DNA of 55,505 nucleotides from Candidatus Enterousia sp. (GTDB lineage: Bacteria > Pseudomonadota > Alphaproteobacteria > Rs-D84). Numbering within the stretch: position 1 is the stretch's first letter; each line of letters begins with the position of its first letter. Shown here in pieces: positions 49,938 to 55,505 of this stretch. The stretch lies in the NCBI GenBank assembly GCA_045613315.1, contig JAZLAV010000019.1:1-55505 (forward strand), read 5' to 3'. The translations under genes and the position numbers were made by a program. Under the pieces are notes generated by a model. The model worked only from the letters and a program-made list of their open reading frames with translations. It was not told where the DNA came from and did not search any database.

Positions 49938-50942
49938 TTAATATTCACTTAACATTTCATCCAATAAATCGTTCATATTTTGGCGGATTTGTTCACGGTC
50001 GGATGCCCATTCCAATCGCCGTACAAGGAATTTATATACGTCGTCCATTGTCAGATTCGGAATCCCCGCCACACGCGCCACACGTTTCCACGCCGTTCGT
50101 GGATCCGCCAAATGCGACCCACCACGCCCTGGGAACAACCAAAAACTGTCCTGGGGTAAATCTTGTAATAACACAACCGCACGATCGGTCAACGGCCATT
50201 CCCGCCAAAGGTCGTGATTAAAATCCAATTCTTCCCATTGCATTGAAAATATTTTGGACCGTGGCGCGAACCCATATACCAACATTAAAAACGCTGCACG
50301 AATGACATCGTCTGGTTCTTGTTCGATGGCTGCGACCAAACGTTGCAACCCATTTTTATTCAATGGTCGCACACGACGTGTTTGTTCAATTTTTGGTAAA
50401 TCGGTGGCAACATTTTGTTTGATATACCCCTGCTCTATGGCGTATTTAAAAATACTTTGTAATAAATCCTGCATACGCGATGCAATTGCCGTGCCACCTA
50501 TGGTTGACACAACACCAACGACATCATCGCGCGTAATTTCCGATATATATTTATCAAACAACGACACCAAATGCAGATTTACCGACCGAACCAGTTTCAT
50601 TTGTGAATCTTCACTGCGACGAATCCGATGGGCCACATATAAATCAAACAGTTCTTTAAACGTGATTTGTTTCCTGCGAACAATTGGTTTTTTCATCGCA
50701 TTGTCTAAAACAGTTGTCACCGCCGCACGCGCCGTTTCAATATCAACATCTGGATAATTTCCAATAAGAATTCTTTTGTCAGTTCCATGGACACGTTTAC
50801 GAACAAAGAATGTTTTAACACCACGACTGGTTATATACATTCGCAGACGCGGTTCGGAAATATCTTGGACAACATCAAACCCTTTGACCGGCGCCGGCAG
50901 ATTATCCAATATATACGGATTAAAAAAGAATTGATGTGCCAT
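49938..50942 (-). CDS. Tyrosine-recombinase (phage integrase)-like protein with an apparently degenerate catalytic region
   Basis: The N-terminal arm-type domain has the pattern ...GFDVVQDISEPRLRMYITSRGVKTFFVRKRVHGTDKRILIGNYPDVDIETARAA.... Box I-like: YGFAPRSKIFSMQWEELDF. The expected HxLRxT box reads MDDVYKF. Confidence 0.65.
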   Translation of the reverse strand: MAHQFFFNPYILDNLPAPVKGFDVVQDISEPRLRMYITSRGVKTFFVRKRVHGTDKRILIGNYPDVDIETARAAVTTVLDNAMKKPIVRRKQITFKELFDLYVAHRIRRSEDSQMKLVRSVNLHLVSLFDKYISEITRDDVVGVVSTIGGTAIASRMQDLLQSIFKYAIEQGYIKQNVATDLPKIEQTRRVRPLNKNGLQRLVAAIEQEPDDVIRAAFLMLVYGFAPRSKIFSMQWEELDFNHDLWREWPLTDRAVVLLQDLPQDSFWLFPGRGGSHLADPRTAWKRVARVAGIPNLTMDDVYKFLVRRLEWASDREQIRQNMNDLLDEMLSEY

Positions 50943-50956
50943 GGTCCACCTCTTTT

Positions 50957-51343
50957 TTACTTTATACGTTCAAATATGCGTTTAAACGCCAACCGTTTGT
51001 CAGACTTAGTTCGACATAACAACGACAACGTGTCTGTATATTTTTTGTTTCGTTTATGACACATACAATCAAATTTTTTGCATTGTTTTGATTCAAAATG
51101 TGGACAATAACGAACACGCGAAAAGACATCATCCCTCGTATTTTGGTCCAGCACATTCTGTTCGCAATTACAATACACCTTGATACAGGCGTGCATCGTG
51201 TCAACATTCCCCGAAGCAACCAACCGCATTATATCCTTTTCCGCCGTAACCAAATCGCGTTCAATGTGCCAACAACGCACGACAAGATTCATAAATTCTT
51301 TGATTCTTGCTATTCTTACTTTCAGTTGTTCTGAAAACATCAT
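50957..51343 (-). CDS. Cys/His-rich hypothetical protein, 128 aa
   Basis: The ORF is tightly packed between lepA and the integrase-like gene. It has the motifs CWH, HAC, YCNC, YCPH, CKKFDCMCH. No domain was recognised. Confidence 0.5.
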   Translation of the reverse strand: MMFSEQLKVRIARIKEFMNLVVRCWHIERDLVTAEKDIMRLVASGNVDTMHACIKVYCNCEQNVLDQNTRDDVFSRVRYCPHFESKQCKKFDCMCHKRNKKYTDTLSLLCRTKSDKRLAFKRIFERIK

Positions 51344-51371
51344 TTTGATTACCCACCAATTTTATTTTGCA

Positions 51372-53162
51372 TCAAGATACCTTTAACGCATTTATAAACG
51401 CACTTTGCGGTATTTCAACATTACCAAATGTACGCATACGCTTTTTACCCTCTTTCTGCTTTTCCAACAATTTTCTTTTACGCGTAATATCCCCACCATA
51501 ACACTTTGCGGTCACATCCTTGCGATATGCAGCGATTGTTTCGCGTGCGATAATTTTTCCACCGATTGCAGCCTGGATTGGAATCTTGAACTGATGCCGC
51601 GGGATAAGGTCTTTTAATTTTTCCACGATTTGCCGACCACGTTTTTCCGCAAACGACCGATGACAAATAAACGACAGCGGTTCCACATTTTCATCATTGA
51701 CCAAAATTGAAACCTTGACCAAATCTGCCGACTGATAACCATATACCGCATAATCAAACGATGCATAACCCGATGATATAGATTTTACCCGGTCATAGAA
51801 ATCAAACACGATTTCCGACAACGGCAACTGGTATACCAACACCGCGCGATTTCCAACATAAGAAATATTTTCCTGGACCCCGCGCCGTTCTGTACACAGC
51901 GACATAATCCCACCCATATATTTGTCGGGCATCATAATTGTTGCGCGCACCCAGGGTTCCTCGATAGATTCGATTTTTGTTACATCGGGCATATCGGCGG
52001 GGTTTTCCAAATCCATTTCACCACCCCCGCGCAAATGCACCTTGTACAGCACACTGGGTACCGTGTTTATAAGGTTCAGATTAAATTCACGGGCCAATCG
52101 TTCACTGATAATTTCCATATGCAACAGCCCCAAAAAACCACAACGCAACCCGAACCCCAACGCAGACGACTTTTCTGTTGTGAACATAAATGAAGCATCG
52201 TTCAGTGCCAATTTTTCCGCACTTTCACGCAGTGCCGGATAATCGTCCGCCGCCACCGGAAAGAACGACGAAAACACCACCGGCACCGATGGTTTGAACC
52301 CCGGCAATGCGACGGTAATGTGTTTTGCGTCACAAATTGTGTCCCCAACCCGGCAATCATGAATTGTTTTCATACCCGTAATAATAAAACCAATTTCCCC
52401 GGTATTAAGCGAATCGGCGTATTCCATTTTTGGTGTAAAGAATCCGATTTTATCGATTACATATTCCGCGCCGGTTGCAACGAATCTTATTTTTTGTCCG
52501 CGTGATAATTTGCCGTCAACAACACGCACCAAAATCACAACACCTAAATAAGAATCGTACCACGAATCGACCAATAATGCGCGACTGGGTGCGTTTTCAT
52601 TGCCACGTGGCGCGGGCAATTTATGCACAATTTCTTCCAATAATTCGGGAACGCCCGCACCTGTCTTCCCAGATACCGCCAGCGCATCATTCGCATCCAG
52701 CCCAATAACATCCGCAATCTGTTCGCGCGTCCCCGCCACATCGGAAGACGGCAAATCTATCTTGTTCAACACAGGCAGCATTTCCAAATCATTGTCCAAC
52801 GCCAAATATGCATTTGCCAGTGTTTGTGCCTGGACCCCCTGGGTCGCATCAACCAGGACCAGCGCACCCTCACACGCGGCCAAACTGCGCGACACCTCGT
52901 ATGAAAAATCAACATGTCCCGGCGTATCCATCAAATTCAATTGGTACATTTCGCCATTTTTTGCACGATAATTCAATCGCACCGTCTGCGCCTTGATCGT
53001 GATTCCGCGTTCGCGTTCAATGTCCATAGAATCCAGAACCTGGGCCTTCATTTCACGGTGTTCCAGCCCCCCCGTAATTTCAATCAACCGGTCCGACAGC
53101 GTCGATTTTCCGTGATCGATATGTGCAACAATGGAAAAATTTCTTATGTGCTTTTGGCCCAT
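51372..53162 (-). CDS. lepA: Translation elongation factor 4 (LepA)
   Basis: ...[21 protein letters not shown]...[16 protein letters not shown]... The start is preferred at MGQKH (ATG 53162), with ggagtggtttt upstream. The ORF-track start at 53195 remains possible. Confidence 0.95.
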   Translation of the reverse strand: MGQKHIRNFSIVAHIDHGKSTLSDRLIEITGGLEHREMKAQVLDSMDIERERGITIKAQTVRLNYRAKNGEMYQLNLMDTPGHVDFSYEVSRSLAACEGALVLVDATQGVQAQTLANAYLALDNDLEMLPVLNKIDLPSSDVAGTREQIADVIGLDANDALAVSGKTGAGVPELLEEIVHKLPAPRGNENAPSRALLVDSWYDSYLGVVILVRVVDGKLSRGQKIRFVATGAEYVIDKIGFFTPKMEYADSLNTGEIGFIITGMKTIHDCRVGDTICDAKHITVALPGFKPSVPVVFSSFFPVAADDYPALRESAEKLALNDASFMFTTEKSSALGFGLRCGFLGLLHMEIISERLAREFNLNLINTVPSVLYKVHLRGGGEMDLENPADMPDVTKIESIEEPWVRATIMMPDKYMGGIMSLCTERRGVQENISYVGNRAVLVYQLPLSEIVFDFYDRVKSISSGYASFDYAVYGYQSADLVKVSILVNDENVEPLSFICHRSFAEKRGRQIVEKLKDLIPRHQFKIPIQAAIGGKIIARETIAAYRKDVTAKCYGGDITRKRKLLEKQKEGKKRMRTFGNVEIPQSAFINALKVS

Positions 53163-53189
53163 CAAAACCACTCCAGTCCTTATTCTTTT

Positions 53190-53232
53190 CGTCATACCGG
53201 CGGATGCCGGTATCCAGTCGCCAAAGGCGACT
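53190..53232. repeat. REP-like tandem hairpin element (cgtcataccggcggatgccggtatccag + agtcgccaaaggcgact)
   Basis: Two perfect stem-loops, read directly. It shares the cgtcatNccNgcg...tccag head with the elements at 123-147 and 53683-53740. Confidence 0.55.
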
Positions 53233-53305
53233 TGCTAGCCCCTTAACACTAACCTCTCCATGCGGCAATAATAAACCCGTATAAAGGAATTATCAAGGCA
53301 ATTTT

Positions 53306-53659
53306 TTAATCGTGTAAATTATTCAGCAATTCGTCAATACGTTGCGCGCGTTCCAGTGTATCATCATATTCAAACTTGATTTCCGGTACATACTTTTGAT
53401 TCATACGCGTGGCCAATTCGAACCGAATCGTTTTTGTCGCATCGTCCAGTCGTTTTTGCACCGTGGCGACATCATCGTTTCGCGAATAGTAAAACAAACG
53501 CACAAATTGCAAACCACCGTGCGACACCGCGCCAACCAAAGACACACCCGACAACAACGCGTCATCAGAAAAATTATCGCGCAAAATTTCCGCGACCAAC
53601 GTTTGTACCTTGGACGCGACACGATCCCCACGATTAGAATTTGTTTGTCTTTTTTGCAT
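53306..53659 (-). CDS. rbfA: Ribosome-binding factor A
   Basis: 117 aa. It contains ...RVASKVQTLVAEILRD... and ...PEIKFEYDDTLERAQRIDELL, matching the RbfA pattern. Confidence 0.7.
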   Translation of the reverse strand: MQKRQTNSNRGDRVASKVQTLVAEILRDNFSDDALLSGVSLVGAVSHGGLQFVRLFYYSRNDDVATVQKRLDDATKTIRFELATRMNQKYVPEIKFEYDDTLERAQRIDELLNNLHD

Positions 53660-53682
53660 TTATGTCTCCATTATCCGCCACC

Positions 53683-53740
53683 CGTCATCCCCGCGTCCAG
53701 GCCCCGCGCAACTTGTTGCGTGGGCGGTTCGCGACGGGGA
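53683..53740. repeat. REP-like imperfect palindromic element
   Basis: cgtcatccccgcgtccaggccccgcgcaacttgttgcgtgggcggttcgcgacgggga. The outer arms are tccccgcg / cgcgacgggga and the inner arms are cgcaac / gttgcg. Confidence 0.5.
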
Positions 53741-53855
53741 ACCATTGCGCCCCAGGCATTATATAAACAACTCCCTTGTAAAATATCAAATATTTATTTA
53801 CAATCAAGCAAAGAATGTAAAACACATATCCCGTGTGAAAAAGGAACCAATAACT

Positions 53856-54428
53856 ATGAAATGTTCAGAATGTATATTATGCCAGGCCGAAAAACCATAT
53901 TACACATGGATAGTCTTTTTAATGACCGTGTGTGAATCAATATTCCTTTTTGTCCCGCCCGAAGTATTTATGACCCCCGCCATAATTGCGAACCGTAAAC
54001 GCGCGATACCAATAACATTGGCGGCAATATTGGGCTCGATTGTTGGTGGTGCAATTTCATATATGATTGGGCTTTGGGTTTTTGATTCCGTGGGGATGTG
54101 GCTTATCAATAATTTTGCTTCGATGGACAAATTTTATTTGGCCCAGCAAATGTTTATCACGCATGGTATATTTTTAATAATACTTACGGCGTTTACGCCA
54201 ATTCCATACAAATTAATGTGTTTAACGGCCGGTTTTATTGGTTTTCCGTTTTGGGTGATGATTGGTGTATCGGCAATATTCCGCACGGGCCGTTTTATAT
54301 TGGTCGGATTTTTGCTCTGGCGTTTTCAGGCGGCTGCGAACAAAATTGTAAACAAATATTTTTGGCCGTTAACCGTTGGCGCGATTGTTGCAGCGGGTCT
54401 GGGCATCGGCCTAATGGGTCTTATATAG
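53856..54428 (+). CDS. YqaA/DedA-type inner-membrane protein, 190 aa
   Basis: The start is reset to MKCSEC (ATG 53856, RBS aaaggaa). There are multiple TM helices. The motif ...ESIFLFVPPEVFM... is typical of the YqaA/SNARE-associated family. Confidence 0.7.
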   Translation: MKCSECILCQAEKPYYTWIVFLMTVCESIFLFVPPEVFMTPAIIANRKRAIPITLAAILGSIVGGAISYMIGLWVFDSVGMWLINNFASMDKFYLAQQMFITHGIFLIILTAFTPIPYKLMCLTAGFIGFPFWVMIGVSAIFRTGRFILVGFLLWRFQAAANKIVNKYFWPLTVGAIVAAGLGIGLMGLI

Positions 54429-54463
54429 TGGTTGGTTGTTTTTAGTTGCGGTCTGGCAAAATG

Positions 54464-54489
54464 TCAGCCCAACAAAAAACCGGCGGTTT
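54464..54489. terminator. Bidirectional terminator between convergent genes
   Basis: aaaaccggcg gtttc gccggtttt. Confidence 0.7.
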
Positions 54490-54516
54490 CGCCGGTTTTA
54501 TAAACACACCATAACT

Positions 54517-55505
54517 TTATTCAACCCAAATAGATGCCAACGTGGTAGAATTTTCACTTCCCGACGGAATCTTGTTTTGGGCATTCGCCAATGCTGTATC
54601 CAGACCACTTATCTTTGATGTCGCGATTGCGGCGCTGCTGCTGATATCCGCGTTCGCTATTGTTCCGTCCTCTATCTTGGCACTCGTCACCGCGTTGGAG
54701 GCTAGCTTTGCACTGGTCACCGCACCATCCGTTATCATACCACTTGCAATTGTCCCGGTCGTAATATTACCACTGCTGTTTGTAATAACCGCCTTGTTCG
54801 CATTTCCAGAACCCTGGGCCGTCGTAACTTTCTTCGCCACTTCGGTGTTTGTGTATGCTTTTGCCGTACCCAAAGCCTCTGCGGCCGCACTGGAAGCCGA
54901 CGCACCCGCCGACGCATTTGCAATTTCATATACTATACCAACAGTTGCCAAATTGGTTGCGTTTTCGTCGCCATCCGATGAATCAGCTGCGATGTTTGCC
55001 AATTTTGCGTTGGTTATCGTTCCGTCTGCAATGTCCGCATTCACTATTGTTCCGTCTGTGATATCCGCTGATGCAACCGCGCTTTTGGTTGCCAACGACC
55101 CCAGGCCCGAAACTTTGCTGGATGCGATGGTGGACGAAACCTCTACGGTGCCACTGGTTGCGTTGGTTGTCAATATACCACCCTTGGTCGTTTGGGTTGA
55201 TGCCACCGCGCCAACGTCTGATGCAGTCAACGAAATGTCCGCACTTAATGCCTTGTTATTAACCTTGCGCGACGTTAGAACATAATTGCCGGACGCCTGT
55301 TTGCCGTCCAACGCTTTTTCCAATTTACCGATCGCAGTATTCAGTGAATCGCTTGTTGCAATCGCCGCAGCTGTCTCTGCCTTGGCATAGCCTGTCATCG
55401 CGTTAATTGTATTAGATGCCTGGTTGTGCGATGCCGCCGCTGCACCAACATCGGATGCAGTCAACGAAATGTCCGCGCTTAACGCCTTGTTATTAACCTT
55501 GCGCG
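54517..55505 (-). CDS. Repetitive tail-fibre-like / surface fibre protein, 5'-partial (continues beyond the window)
   Basis: The reading frame is open to the window edge. The ORF-track start M is a TTG inside the repeat LTASDVGA. The module ...RKVNNKALSADISLTASDVGA... recurs every 78 aa. The sequence is Ala/Thr/Ser/Asn-rich, with motifs such as DGTITNAKLA. Confidence 0.6.
   Translation of the reverse strand, partial: RKVNNKALSADISLTASDVGAAAASHNQASNTINAMTGYAKAETAAAIATSDSLNTAIGKLEKALDGKQASGNYVLTSRKVNNKALSADISLTASDVGAVASTQTTKGGILTTNATSGTVEVSSTIASSKVSGLGSLATKSAVASADITDGTIVNADIADGTITNAKLANIAADSSDGDENATNLATVGIVYEIANASAGASASSAAAEALGTAKAYTNTEVAKKVTTAQGSGNANKAVITNSSGNITTGTIASGMITDGAVTSAKLASNAVTSAKIEDGTIANADISSSAAIATSKISGLDTALANAQNKIPSGSENSTTLASIWVE
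55220..55271. repeat. 52-nt unit repeated at 55454-55505 (50/52 identical), period 234 nt
   Basis: Direct comparison: gatgcagtcaacgaaatgtccgcacttaatgccttgttattaaccttgcgcg versus ...gcgcttaacg... Confidence 0.85.

Noticed and set aside
53610-53855. 82-codon N-terminal extension of the YqaA-family ORF, overlapping the rbfA start and the REP-like element
   Set aside because: The extension translates the palindromic repeat (Pro/Arg-rich) and overlaps rbfA. A good RBS (aaaggaa) precedes the ATG at 53856, where the hydrophobic YqaA-like sequence begins.
54542-55285. 247-aa plus-strand ORF antisense to the tail-fibre-like gene
   Set aside because: The Ala/Val/Pro/Ser-rich mirror translation comes from an Ala/Thr/Ser-rich repetitive gene. 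The minus-strand frame carries the recognisable LTASDVGA modules and ends at a terminator.

Overview
This is a bacterial chromosomal segment. All protein calls come from reading the supplied translations and the raw DNA by eye; no similarity search was possible.

Gene content and order are consistent with an alphaproteobacterium: rpsM-rpsK-rpoA-rplQ lacks rpsD, S14 is the long form, and lptC-lptB are coupled. This taxonomic placement is an inference.

**Core backbone.** The core is the str/S10/spc/alpha ribosomal supercluster on the minus strand. It runs rpsL-rpsG-fusA-tuf-rpsJ ... rplO-secY-rpsM-rpsK, then rpoA-rplQ, from 37658 down to 17414.

**Left flank.**
- a 1734-aa autotransporter
- eno
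- an OmpA-family lipoprotein
- lptC-like/lptB
- several large cysteine-rich secreted proteins of unknown function

**Right flank.**
- two tandem paralogous beta-barrel OMP genes
- mltG and a CDA-family deaminase
- tRNA-Pro(CGG)
- an acyl-CoA synthetase, fabF and acpP
- a degenerate-looking integrase gene
- lepA, rbfA and a YqaA/DedA-type membrane protein
- the 3' part of a repetitive tail-fibre-like gene that runs off the window

**Most interesting region (about 41.2-46.3 kb).**
- A conspicuously AT-rich island of about 5 kb abuts the 3' end of tRNA-Pro.
- Short copies of the tRNA 3' end occur at both ends.
- A host-like terminator appears to have been displaced to the far end.
- Imperfect inverted repeats of about 55-70 bp bracket the cargo.
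- No recombinase gene lies inside.
- The cargo is a 788-aa two-module SPPY/SPPF DNA methyltransferase. It converges, with a 2-nt gap, on a 493-aa Zn-ribbon/HNH nuclease. A 60-aa acidic ORF sits upstream.
- I read this as a mobile restriction-modification-type defence cassette of atypical architecture.

**Other points.**
- The alpha operon is split between rpsK and rpoA by a two-gene insertion.
- A perfect palindrome sits in the spacer of an OMP promoter.
- There is a candidate leaderless gene.
- A small dispersed REP-like repeat family is present.
- No rRNA genes and no CRISPR array were seen.
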